Positions 41,867 to 51,119 of a stretch of DNA of 64,000 nucleotides are shown one piece after another. The notes under the pieces are model-generated. The model ran no database searches and was not told the origin of the DNA. It saw nothing but the letters and a program-made list of their open reading frames with translations. The DNA is taken from NCBI GenBank assembly GCA_028281825.1, contig JANQJC010000076.1, positions 1,309 to 65,308 of the forward strand, in the 5' to 3' direction. Each line of letters opens with the position of its first letter. Within the stretch, counting starts at the first letter, position 1. Both the position numbers and the translations under genes were made by a program. The stretch is from Flavobacteriales bacterium. GTDB lineage: Bacteria; Bacteroidota; Bacteroidia; JANQJC01.

Positions 41867-43708
41867 GTGGCTTATAAGAGTTTAAAAGATTGTATTACTG
41901 ACCTTGAACATAAAGGCCTTTTAGTAAGGGTTAAAGAAGAAGTTGACCCTTATTTGGAAATGGCAGCAATACACCTTCGTGTTTTTGAGAGCGGTGGGCC
42001 AGCTATTTTTTACGAGAATGTAAAAGGGAGTAAGTTCCCTGCTGTATCTAATCTCTTTGGGACACTAGAGCGCAGTAAGTTTATTTTTAGGGATACACTA
42101 GAAAAGGTACAAAAAATGGTGCTGTTGAAAGGAGACCCCATGCAAGTACTGAAAAGCCCATTAAGTTATCTGGACATGCCTTTTGCAGGTTTAAAAGCTT
42201 TGCCTAGAAAAGTGTCTGTTGGCCCAATCACGTTTGGTGAGGTGAGCATAGGTGATATACCTCAGATACAAAGCTGGCCAATGGATGGTGGTGCTTTTGT
42301 GACTTTACCGCAAGTTTATACCGAAGACCCAGATAAACCAGGGGTAATGGGTTCTAACATAGGTATGTACCGCATTCAGTTGAGTGGGAACGATTATATA
42401 AAGGATGAAGAGATAGGCCTTCATTACCAATTGCACCGTGGTATTGGAGTGCACCAAACAAAGTACAATGCACTAGGTCAACCTATGAAGGTGAGTATAT
42501 TTGTTGGTGGCCCGCCTGCACATTCGGTGGCAGCTGTGATGCCATTGCCTGAAGGATTGTCTGAAGTAGTGTTTGCGGGTGCTTTGGGTGGAAGGCGTTT
42601 CAGATATACCATTAAGGATGGATACGTATTATCTGCCGATGCTGATTTTGTGATATGTGGGGAAGTGTATCCGGGAGAGAATAAGCCTGAAGGACCATTT
42701 GGCGACCATTTAGGCTATTACAGTCTAAAACATGACTTTCCTTTGATGAAGGTGCATAAGGTGTTTCATAGGAAGGGAGCCATTTGGCCATTTACAGTGG
42801 TAGGACGCCCACCGCAAGAGGATACCAGTTTTGGTGCTTTGATACATGAAATTACGGGACCCATAATACCTAATGAGATACCAGGCTTGCATGAGGTGCA
42901 TGCTGTAGATGCGGCAGGAGTGCATCCATTGTTGTTGGCAATAGGCTCAGAGCGATATACTCCATATTATAATGAGAGAAGGCCACAAGAGATACTCACT
43001 ATAGCTAATCATATTCTGGGTTTCAATCAGATGTCTTTGGCTAAGTACCTGTTTATCATAGCCAGGGAAGATAATCCAACTATCAAGACACATGAGGAAG
43101 AGGCATATCTGAAGCATGTATTAGAAAGAGTTGATTGGACTAGAGACTTACACTTTCAGACCAAAACTACGATTGATACCCTCGATTATAGCGGTACAGG
43201 ATTGAATAGTGGTTCAAAAGTGGTTATTGCCGCCGCCGGGGAGAAGAAAAGGGAGTTAAGTGTGAGGCTACTCAGTGACTTTGACTTGCCTGAAGAATAC
43301 CCACTAGTTAAGGTGGTAATGCCGGGTGTATTGGCTATCTCAGGGCCTAAATACGATAACGAAACCACAGAAACGGAAAGAATAGAGAAACTAGCAGACT
43401 ACCTGAAGAATAAGTGGACGACTCAATTAGAAGGCTTTCCTTTGATAGTGATAGCAGATGATAGTGAGTTTGTTGCGGAGAGACTAGGCAATTTTCTTTG
43501 GGTGACTTTTACCCGTAGTAATCCATCACATGATGTATATGGTGTGGACAGCTTTGTGGAGCATAAGCACTGGGGATGCAGAGGGTCTCTCATAATTGAT
43601 GCACGTATCAAGCCACATCATGCCCCACCATTAATTAAGGATGCAGAGGTTGAGAAGAAGGTAGACAAGCTAGGAATAAAGGGAGCATCATTATATGGAA
43701 TAATATAA
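41867..43708 (+). CDS. UbiD family (prFMN-dependent) decarboxylase, long form
   Basis: EEVDPYLEM, NIGMYRIQ, EGPFGDHLGYYS, VVGRPPQED. GTG start at 41867 chosen because a TAATTTTG -7 element lies at 41833-41840. Confidence 0.9.
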   Translation: MAYKSLKDCITDLEHKGLLVRVKEEVDPYLEMAAIHLRVFESGGPAIFYENVKGSKFPAVSNLFGTLERSKFIFRDTLEKVQKMVLLKGDPMQVLKSPLSYLDMPFAGLKALPRKVSVGPITFGEVSIGDIPQIQSWPMDGGAFVTLPQVYTEDPDKPGVMGSNIGMYRIQLSGNDYIKDEEIGLHYQLHRGIGVHQTKYNALGQPMKVSIFVGGPPAHSVAAVMPLPEGLSEVVFAGALGGRRFRYTIKDGYVLSADADFVICGEVYPGENKPEGPFGDHLGYYSLKHDFPLMKVHKVFHRKGAIWPFTVVGRPPQEDTSFGALIHEITGPIIPNEIPGLHEVHAVDAAGVHPLLLAIGSERYTPYYNERRPQEILTIANHILGFNQMSLAKYLFIIAREDNPTIKTHEEEAYLKHVLERVDWTRDLHFQTKTTIDTLDYSGTGLNSGSKVVIAAAGEKKRELSVRLLSDFDLPEEYPLVKVVMPGVLAISGPKYDNETTETERIEKLADYLKNKWTTQLEGFPLIVIADDSEFVAERLGNFLWVTFTRSNPSHDVYGVDSFVEHKHWGCRGSLIIDARIKPHHAPPLIKDAEVEKKVDKLGIKGASLYGII

Positions 43709-43798
43709 TTGGGGTATTAATTTCTGTGGATTTTGGGGCTTTTTAGAGATAACTTTTTAGATTTGGATTCGTATTACGGTCTGAACTTCATAAACACT

Positions 43799-44248
43799 AT
43801 GTTTCAAATGAGAAAAATTATTGGCTTTATCGTTTTTTTATGTGTGGTAGCTGCAAATCAGGTGTCTGCACAATGTATATCAGGAAATTGCTATGAAGGC
43901 AGGGGAACCTTTAGGTTTGAGAATGGAGATGAATATGATGGACTGTGGTTGAATGGGCAGCCTGATGGTCAGGGAAAATACACTTGGAAGAATGGTGATT
44001 TTTATCGTGGAAACTGGATAGCAGGAAAAATGGATGGTCGTGGGTTTTATAAATATGCTAATGGCGATAAGTATACTGGAGAGTTTAGAGATAATAAAAT
44101 GGATGGCCGTGGACATTTCTACTGGGATAACCCGGGTGATGTAATGAATAATGCCAAGTATGAAGGATATTGGCAAGATGGCAAACCAATGCAAATAGAA
44201 GTGCAACCTACTGGTGAACCAATGGACTCTAATCAAAAGAAGAGATAA
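43799..44248 (+). CDS. Exported MORN-repeat protein
   Basis: Signal peptide, QCISGNC, repeats NGDxYxGxW..G..DG.G.Y. A TAGATTTG -7 element at 43758-43765 argues for ATG 43799 or 43808 over TTG 43733. Confidence 0.88.
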   Translation: MFQMRKIIGFIVFLCVVAANQVSAQCISGNCYEGRGTFRFENGDEYDGLWLNGQPDGQGKYTWKNGDFYRGNWIAGKMDGRGFYKYANGDKYTGEFRDNKMDGRGHFYWDNPGDVMNNAKYEGYWQDGKPMQIEVQPTGEPMDSNQKKR

Positions 44249-44265
44249 GAAAACATATTACTGTT

Positions 44266-44292
44266 AAAAGGCCGCAATTTGCGGCCTTTTTT
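44266..44292 (+). terminator. Intrinsic terminator after the MORN gene
   Basis: AAAAGGCCGCAA-T-TTGCGGCCTTTTTT. Confidence 0.9.
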
Positions 44293-44387
44293 GATTCTAT
44301 CCATTGGGTTATTTAGCCTAAAAAATATGAATTAAGGTTCGTGAAATAGGTATTTCTCGCAAGAAATCGATAAAACCTTGTTTAAAA

Positions 44388-44459
44388 TTCGTCGAAGAAA
44401 AACGGCGCTTCATTGTCAGCCAATAAAGATTTGACGAAAACGGTGTGTCGTTTACCGAT
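44388..44459 (+). promoter_or_regulatory. Four imperfect 9-bp direct repeats at 21-bp period (LytTR-type operator geometry)
   Basis: TTCGTCGAA (44388), TTCATTGTC (44409), TTTGACGAA (44430), TTTACCGAT (44451). Confidence 0.55.
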
Positions 44460-44548
44460 AAAAAACAACCGAACGAATAAAGGCCTCGTTACACAAGACC
44501 AAGAAACATAATGAATTAAAAAAGAATTTTATTAAAACAATATCAATC

Positions 44549-47380
44549 ATGAAAACTTTTACAAGAGGATTAGGATTGTTTCTATTAGTAGCAGGTTCGT
44601 TCAGTGTATATTCACAGAATATAGCCATTAATGATAATGGAACCGAAGCTAATGCAAAAGCGATTTTGGATATGACAGCTTCAGACAAAGGTGTTCTTAT
44701 CCCACGCGTTGTGCTAAACAGTACTACCGACCCAATTAGCGGAACCAAGCCTGAAGGCTTAATGGTATTTAATAATGGAGGTAGTTTTGGTAGCAATGGC
44801 TTTTACTATTGGAATGGAAGTACCTGGTACCCAGTGCAAGGCCAGTCGCTGCCATCTGGAACAAGTGCACAGACTTTGAGGCACAACGGTACAAGTTGGG
44901 TGGCTTCATCTAACGTATCTAACGATGGCTCAAATCTTGGTATAGGAACATCGGCACCAAAGGCAGTTTTGAATGTGTATGAAGGAAGTGAGTCAACAAC
45001 TCAAACTGACTTTACACAGTCTTTGGACAATGCAGGTATATTGATTACTTCAGATTATACCAATGGTGCTTATACGCCTGGTATTTTCTGGTCGACTACT
45101 AATGATAGTCCCACAAAGCCTAAGGCTGGTATCTATCTGCAAGAGGCAGCAGCTGGTAGTAAGATGATATTTGGTACATCAACATTGTATTCTACAGGTA
45201 TTACTAACGATGCAATGGTTATTGATGACCTTGGTTATATCGGTATCGGAACATCAACTCCAGCTACACAATTGCATACTACTGGTACAGTGAGATTTGA
45301 GAACCTAGCTGGTGGTGGTGATAGGTTTATCACGGCTGATAACTCAGGTAATATATCTTCAGTACCTATGGGGTCATCTGGTGAGATAATGATGGCGAAC
45401 GGTACTAGTGTACCTTTGAGTTCAAGTGCCATTGAGAACCAAACGGGTTCTAATCAGTCTGGTGGTTTCAGGATTAATGGTAATGGTATATTTAATGGTG
45501 GTAGAGTGGGTATTGGAACAACCAACCCAACTTATGACCTTGACGTAGCTGGTACAGCTGGTTTTGACCAATACATTTATCACAATGGTGATGCTAATAC
45601 ATACATACGATTAGAGAATGATGAAATCCGTTTCTATGCTGGTGGCCGAGATTTTATGAGATTGGATGAGGGTAGTAATGATATATTAGTGGTAAATGAA
45701 AGTAATGCCGACCTTGACTTTAAGGTAAAAGGTGATAGTGATACAAGACTTTTTGTAGTGGAGGGTGGTAGCAATAGAGTAGGTATTGGAACAGATAGCC
45801 CAGGGACAAAACTTTCAAATACTTCTACAGTAGAGTCTGATGGTTCAGAATCTGTAAGTACATCTGGATTTAGTTGGAGAATAGATGAGGATAATAAGTA
45901 CGCTGCATCGATTACTAATGAATCTTCAGCAAGTTCAGGGAATGGCCTACTTATTGAAGCAGGTAACAATGGAGGGAATAACGGTATCATACTTAATTGT
46001 GTATCTAGCAATAGTTCAAAGTTTGCAGTATATGATGAAGGTTTGGTTAAGATATCAGATTTGGCTGGCAGTGGCACGAGAATGGTAGTTGCTGACAACA
46101 ACGGTAATCTAAGCACGCAGTCTATACCTGGTGGAGGCAGCAGTGAGTGGGATGATAACGGTAGCCATATTTATAATGGCAACAGTGGTAATGTGGGTAT
46201 CGGCACTTCTTCACCATCATATAAGCTTGATGTGAATGGCGATGCAGGTTTTAATCGCTATATCTTCCATAACGGTGATGGAAACACTTACTTTCAACTA
46301 GAGAATGATGAGTTGCGCTTTTATGCAGGTGGCCATGACTTCATGAGAATGGTAGAGGGTAGTAACGACCTGCTTGTAATCAATGAGAGCAATACTGACA
46401 TGGTATTTAAGATGGAAGGTGATAATTCCAGTGACTTGTTCTATGTGGACGGTGGTAGTGAAAGAGTGGGTATTGGTACAAGCTCACCAAGTAAAAAGCT
46501 GCATGTGGATGGTGATATGAGAGTGAGTGACCTAGCAGGTAGTGGAACAAGAATGGTAGTTGTTGACTCTGATGGAGACTTTAGCACGCAATCAATACCT
46601 GGTGGTGGCGGCAGCAGTGAGTGGGACTCAAACGGTAGCCATATCTACAATGGTAATAGCGGTAACGTAGGCATTGGTACCTCAAGCCCTAGTTATGAGT
46701 TAGATGTGGACGGTGACATAGGTATTAATGGATATATATATCATAACAGTGATGCTAACACATACTTCCAGATGATGACTGATGAGTTACGTTTCTATGC
46801 CGGTGGCCTTGAATTTATGAGGATGGACGAAGGTAGCCAAGATTGGTTTGTAATCAATGAAAACAACCATAACCTTAATTTCAAGATGGAAGGTTCGAGC
46901 GATACCAGGTTATTTATGGTAGAGAGTAGCACTAACAGGGTAGGTATAGGTACAGATGACCCTTCAGCTAAGCTGCATGTAGATGGTAGTGTGAGAATGG
47001 AAGACCTAGGTGGAAGTGGAACCAGAATGGTAGTAACTGACAACAATGGTAACTTGAGTACGCAAGCTATCCCTGGTGGTGGTGGCGGTGGCGGTAGTAC
47101 CGTTACTTATAACATGAGCGGGGACGTAAACAACTACAATGTATCAGGAGTTTCTGTTTTAATGATTGATCCAGGTTCAAGTGATAGAGACATTGACGGG
47201 CTTACTGGTGGTGTGGCAGGACAGATAATTTATCTGATGAACATTGACAATAACAAAAAAGTAACTTTTGAAAAAGAAACTGGCTCACAACAGTTTAGGG
47301 AGAAGTTGGATTTAGATAAAAAGGAAGGTGCTATTATTATGTACAATGGTTCTCATTGGTATATTCTATCTGAAAACTAG
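44549..47380 (+). CDS. Exported phage-tail-fibre-like repetitive protein (putative trimeric adhesin)
   Basis: Signal peptide; N-terminal AILDMTASDKGVLIPRV...GLMVFN..GFYYWNG..W domain; many GNVGIGTSSP...LDV.G motifs; no T9SS CTD and no peptidase S74 chaperone recognisable. Confidence 0.8.
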   Translation: MKTFTRGLGLFLLVAGSFSVYSQNIAINDNGTEANAKAILDMTASDKGVLIPRVVLNSTTDPISGTKPEGLMVFNNGGSFGSNGFYYWNGSTWYPVQGQSLPSGTSAQTLRHNGTSWVASSNVSNDGSNLGIGTSAPKAVLNVYEGSESTTQTDFTQSLDNAGILITSDYTNGAYTPGIFWSTTNDSPTKPKAGIYLQEAAAGSKMIFGTSTLYSTGITNDAMVIDDLGYIGIGTSTPATQLHTTGTVRFENLAGGGDRFITADNSGNISSVPMGSSGEIMMANGTSVPLSSSAIENQTGSNQSGGFRINGNGIFNGGRVGIGTTNPTYDLDVAGTAGFDQYIYHNGDANTYIRLENDEIRFYAGGRDFMRLDEGSNDILVVNESNADLDFKVKGDSDTRLFVVEGGSNRVGIGTDSPGTKLSNTSTVESDGSESVSTSGFSWRIDEDNKYAASITNESSASSGNGLLIEAGNNGGNNGIILNCVSSNSSKFAVYDEGLVKISDLAGSGTRMVVADNNGNLSTQSIPGGGSSEWDDNGSHIYNGNSGNVGIGTSSPSYKLDVNGDAGFNRYIFHNGDGNTYFQLENDELRFYAGGHDFMRMVEGSNDLLVINESNTDMVFKMEGDNSSDLFYVDGGSERVGIGTSSPSKKLHVDGDMRVSDLAGSGTRMVVVDSDGDFSTQSIPGGGGSSEWDSNGSHIYNGNSGNVGIGTSSPSYELDVDGDIGINGYIYHNSDANTYFQMMTDELRFYAGGLEFMRMDEGSQDWFVINENNHNLNFKMEGSSDTRLFMVESSTNRVGIGTDDPSAKLHVDGSVRMEDLGGSGTRMVVTDNNGNLSTQAIPGGGGGGGSTVTYNMSGDVNNYNVSGVSVLMIDPGSSDRDIDGLTGGVAGQIIYLMNIDNNKKVTFEKETGSQQFREKLDLDKKEGAIIMYNGSHWYILSEN
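45500..47090 (+). repeat. Three copies of a fibre module YI(Y/F)HN.D.NTY..L..DE.RFYAGG..FMR..EGS.D..V.NE.N....FK..G.....LF.V...S.RVGIGT
   Basis: Copies start at 45572, 46259 and 46733 (the last two are 474 nt apart), with GSGTRMVV.D..G..STQ.IPGGG linkers; similarity is visible at DNA level. Confidence 0.9.
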
Positions 47381-47408
47381 TAGTTTTATTATAGTAATTG
47401 TTTTAATA

Positions 47409-47444
47409 AGCAAAAAAGGCGACCAATTGGTCGCCTTTTTTGCT
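47409..47444. terminator. Bidirectional terminator, perfect 36-bp palindrome
   Basis: AGCAAAAAAGGCGACCAATTGGTCGCCTTTTTTGCT between convergent genes. Confidence 0.92.
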
Positions 47445-47456
47445 GGTATTTGTTGG

Positions 47457-48782
47457 TTACTTGAAAATAAGTTTTTCTATATAGAAACTACCTTTCTCGT
47501 CCCTTATTACAAGATTATATAAACCGGCAGGTAGAGAGTTGCGATCAATGAATAGTTTGGTAGAAGTAGAAGTTTGTGAACTTACCATTCTACCAGTAAC
47601 ATCAATAATTTCGAAGGTAAGAACTTCGCTATTTATATTACCTGGAATAGCTATTGTGAATGAGCCATCATTTACTGGATTTGGATATACTTTTACTTCG
47701 TAGTTAAAGTCATTTTCAGCAAAACCAGGGTTTTGATTATTTGATGTGTCAGCTATTACAATAGCAGAGTCAGGATGCGAAGGTTCAAAAGTAAGGTTGC
47801 CACAAATAAGATCCTTCATAAATGAGGTCGAGAAATTGATAGCTGTTTGTGCGGCTTGATTTTGGCTTAAACTACCTCCGGAGGTAAAATAAGATACGTG
47901 CCCATCATCATCCACAGTAATCAACCTGTTAGGTATTTGTAATTCGTTCATATGCCTGTGAATAGAACCAGTGCCATCAGCTTCAAGGCCAGTAGGGAAC
48001 CCACCTAAGTCAACCATATCAGAATGGTAAGGCACTACACCATCACCAATATCATGTATACTTACTATTGGAACGTCACCCGCCTCAATCCATGCAGTAT
48101 CGCCAATAAGTCCGCTATAGTTGACAACAGCAGTTACCTTAGTTGAGTAGCCTGGATTACCGCTTAAACCCTCAATTCCACCCATGCCCGCAGTGTCGCC
48201 ATATAGGTAAGCTGGTATTTCTGACGTATCATTTAAATAGGCAGTGTGAATTGCACCAATAGCACCTGCAGAAACACCACTCACAAAAATGAAGTTAGTA
48301 TCAATCTTGTAGGTGTTTGAAGTTTGAGCGTCTTTGTAGAAGTACCTGATGGCTGCTTTCATATCATGCATTGCACGCACCACAGCTTGAGTAGATGTAA
48401 CTTCATCAGGAACGAAAAAACCAACCCTGTAATCAATAGTAGCAGCTACATATCCCATTTTACTGTATACTTCGCACAGCTGTGTCAGGTCCTCACGTTG
48501 CCCAGCAACAAAACTACCGCCAAACTCCATTATAATCAATGGCCTCTTAGATAAAGTGTCACCTTGAGGTTGGTAGATATCCATTTTAAGAGTTTGAGTA
48601 GGAGGGTTAGGGCTCGGCGGGAATACTACTTGAGGCCCAGACCCGAATGTAACACCTAATTCAGAATCATAAGCACTGAAGTAATTCCAATCAGTGAAAC
48701 GGCCATCACCACAGTCATACTGTGCTTGTGCTGTGAAGCTAATTACTAGTCCAGCTAGCAACAAGAAGTAAAGTTTCTTCAT
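47457..48782 (-). CDS. T9SS type A secreted alpha/beta-hydrolase (carboxylesterase-like)
   Basis: Signal peptide, MDIYQP, FGGSF oxyanion motif, GVSAG nucleophile elbow, DGVVP, GHV; CTD VYPNPV...LPAGLY...KLIFK. Confidence 0.9.
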   Translation of the reverse strand: MKKLYFLLLAGLVISFTAQAQYDCGDGRFTDWNYFSAYDSELGVTFGSGPQVVFPPSPNPPTQTLKMDIYQPQGDTLSKRPLIIMEFGGSFVAGQREDLTQLCEVYSKMGYVAATIDYRVGFFVPDEVTSTQAVVRAMHDMKAAIRYFYKDAQTSNTYKIDTNFIFVSGVSAGAIGAIHTAYLNDTSEIPAYLYGDTAGMGGIEGLSGNPGYSTKVTAVVNYSGLIGDTAWIEAGDVPIVSIHDIGDGVVPYHSDMVDLGGFPTGLEADGTGSIHRHMNELQIPNRLITVDDDGHVSYFTSGGSLSQNQAAQTAINFSTSFMKDLICGNLTFEPSHPDSAIVIADTSNNQNPGFAENDFNYEVKVYPNPVNDGSFTIAIPGNINSEVLTFEIIDVTGRMVSSQTSTSTKLFIDRNSLPAGLYNLVIRDEKGSFYIEKLIFK

Positions 48783-48823
48783 CTTTTAAATTTTGGTTAA
48801 ATAATTTTCAAGTGGATGTAAAT

Positions 48824-49996
48824 TTATGTAAATTTTTGTTTTTGGAAAGTCCTGACTCCGCCATTCATTTCAAATTCATGGAAACTCAATGGTGTAGGGT
48901 GCTGTGAGAGATATCGCTGCCCCAATGTTTCCTTAAAGCTCTCAATATGGTCATTTTTTACAAGGGCGATGCAACATCCGCTAAAACCTGCACCAGTCAT
49001 TCTTGCCCCAATACAACCATCTATGCTCCAAGCATTTTCTGCGATGCTATCCAGTTCCGGGCCTGTCACTTCATAAAACTCTTTGAGTGATTGGTGTGAT
49101 TCTTTCATCAATTGACCAAACCTAAGTATATCACCTTTTTCGAGTACATTTTTTGCCTCAATAACTCTTTTATTTTCACTTACAACATGTATAGCCCTCT
49201 TACGGGGGCTGTCTTGCCCTACTGAGTTTACTTGCTCGAATGTGGCTTCAGCCAATGAGGTGATACCAAACTTTTTGTTTAGTTCTGCTAAGGCTTGCTC
49301 GCATTCCTGCCTTCTCGTGTTAAAGGCCGAGTTAGTCAAAGAGCGGGGTACGTTTGAATTGATTATGATGAACTTGTAATCGCCTGTGTCAACTGGCACA
49401 TAGCTCATATTGAGGTTGTCACAATTAAGTAAGATAGCTTGATTGGGTTTTGAAAGTGCCACAGTAAATTGGTCCATAATACCACACTTCATGCCCACAA
49501 AGTCATTCTCCACATCCTTGCACAAGAGTGAAATTTTCTCCAAGTCGATGGGTTCATCAGTTTCAGATAGAATCAAAAAAGTAGTTAGCACTTCTATTGC
49601 TGCTGATGATGATAAACCTGCCCCATGTGGTAGGTTTGAGGCAAAATAAATATCTAAGCCAGGAATTTTTACTCCTGTGTTTTGCAGATAGCTTACAACA
49701 CCTCTGATATAATTGCCCCAAGGGTCTTCATTTTTAGGAAATATATCCTCTGATAATTTGATAATGACCTCGTTTTCAAAGCTTTGGGATTTACACCTGA
49801 TGATGTTTCCGCTGTTTTTTGATACAGCAGCATAAATGCCCAATGAGACTGCAGTAGGTAATACGTGCCCACCATTATAATCCAAATGCTCTCCTATCAA
49901 GCATACCCTGCCCGGGCAGAAATAATAGTTGACATTAGAAGCCTTTCCGAATGTTGTTTCAAACAGGGAATGGAGTGAATCTTTACCAATACTCAT
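48824..49996 (-). CDS. galK: Galactokinase
   Basis: PGRVCLIGEHLDYNGG, PHGAGLSSSAA, CGIMDQF, GARMTGAGFSGC. Confidence 0.96.
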   Translation of the reverse strand: MSIGKDSLHSLFETTFGKASNVNYYFCPGRVCLIGEHLDYNGGHVLPTAVSLGIYAAVSKNSGNIIRCKSQSFENEVIIKLSEDIFPKNEDPWGNYIRGVVSYLQNTGVKIPGLDIYFASNLPHGAGLSSSAAIEVLTTFLILSETDEPIDLEKISLLCKDVENDFVGMKCGIMDQFTVALSKPNQAILLNCDNLNMSYVPVDTGDYKFIIINSNVPRSLTNSAFNTRRQECEQALAELNKKFGITSLAEATFEQVNSVGQDSPRKRAIHVVSENKRVIEAKNVLEKGDILRFGQLMKESHQSLKEFYEVTGPELDSIAENAWSIDGCIGARMTGAGFSGCCIALVKNDHIESFKETLGQRYLSQHPTPLSFHEFEMNGGVRTFQKQKFT

Positions 49997-50004
49997 GATG
50001 GCCT

Positions 50005-50970
50005 TTAAAGATTATTAATAATGCTTTTCAATTCAGCGGCACAATCTTCTACTGTAAGAGGATTAAGTGCTGCCCACGCACCCATTTCAGAGGATGCATA
50101 CCACTTGATTTTATCTTTTTCGCGGAGAGCCGGATAAAACTCGATATGAAAGCGATAGTAATTGTTTGTGTTTTCGTATTCCTCAGAGTTTGCAGGTGAT
50201 TGGTGAAAGCACATCATGTAAGGCATCGGTTTATTAAATATACCATCTAAGCCCTGTGTTACTTTCTTAAGAATGTCGGAAAGGTCAGCTGTCTCCACAT
50301 CGTTAAGCTCAGTGAGTTTGCCTCTATTATTTCTGGCAACAATAAATATACCATATGGGTAGTCTGTGAAGTAAGGAATGTAGCCCAAAAAGCTATCATT
50401 TTGATACACCATTCTTTTACCAAAGGCCAATTCTTCAGAATTCATGTCATCGAATAGATTGGCACCTTTTTCTGTATAGTAGGCCTTGCAGTTATCCAGT
50501 TCGGTTTTAATCTTCAATGGAATGAATGAATAGGCATACAATTGCCCATGAGGGTGATGCATGGTGACTCCCACCTCTTTGCCCCGGTTCTCAAACGGGA
50601 AAATGTATTTTATTTTTGGGTTTTGAGATAATGCCCGAGTACGTTCTGCCAGCAACTCGATGACTTTTTTAATTTTTTCTTCAGAGAGTTGAGACATACA
50701 ACTGTTGTGGTCGGGTGTATAGAGTATTACTTCACACTTACCAAAGGCCTTTTTATTGGAGTAAAGCCCATCATGAGGCATAATATCAGGTGGTGATAAT
50801 GAAAGTGCTGGAAAGTCATTGTCATAGGCTAAAACATCATAATTGTCAGGGACCTTTCCCGAACCGGGACAAAAAGGGCAATCACCTTTTGGGAGATGTG
50901 GCCTGGCTTGCCTGTTAGCGGCTACCATGGTGTAAGTGCCAAGCAGTGGATTCCAACGGAGTTCTTGCAT
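50005..50970 (-). CDS. galT: Galactose-1-phosphate uridylyltransferase
   Basis: MQELRWNPL (ATG 50970, downstream of the track start), CPFCPG, NDFPAL, FENRG, HPHGQ. Confidence 0.95.
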   Translation of the reverse strand: MQELRWNPLLGTYTMVAANRQARPHLPKGDCPFCPGSGKVPDNYDVLAYDNDFPALSLSPPDIMPHDGLYSNKKAFGKCEVILYTPDHNSCMSQLSEEKIKKVIELLAERTRALSQNPKIKYIFPFENRGKEVGVTMHHPHGQLYAYSFIPLKIKTELDNCKAYYTEKGANLFDDMNSEELAFGKRMVYQNDSFLGYIPYFTDYPYGIFIVARNNRGKLTELNDVETADLSDILKKVTQGLDGIFNKPMPYMMCFHQSPANSEEYENTNNYYRFHIEFYPALREKDKIKWYASSEMGAWAALNPLTVEDCAAELKSIINNL

Positions 50971-51119
50971 GGGGTAAATGTAAGAATAAGTAGAATGAAT
51001 ACTAAAACGTAAAAAGACGGGATATTCGGCTGATTCGTCCCGCAAACACGCTATATGGTCTAAAGAAAGACAAGATAATCCATGAAATTCCTTAAAATTA
51101 CAGGGTTAAACACACATAT

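Noticed and set aside
41867-43708. UbiD decarboxylase without ubiX
   Set aside because: Unlinked ubiX is common; the substrate (possibly menaquinone pathway) cannot be determined from this window.
44549-47380. Possible prophage or diversity-generating retroelement around the fibre gene
   Set aside because: No integrase, structural genes or reverse transcriptase. The repeats are in-frame and their differences are not confined to adenines.
47409-47444. Perfect 36-bp palindrome as a REP/MITE or recombination site
   Set aside because: Single copy with A/T tails between convergent genes; fully explained as a bidirectional terminator.
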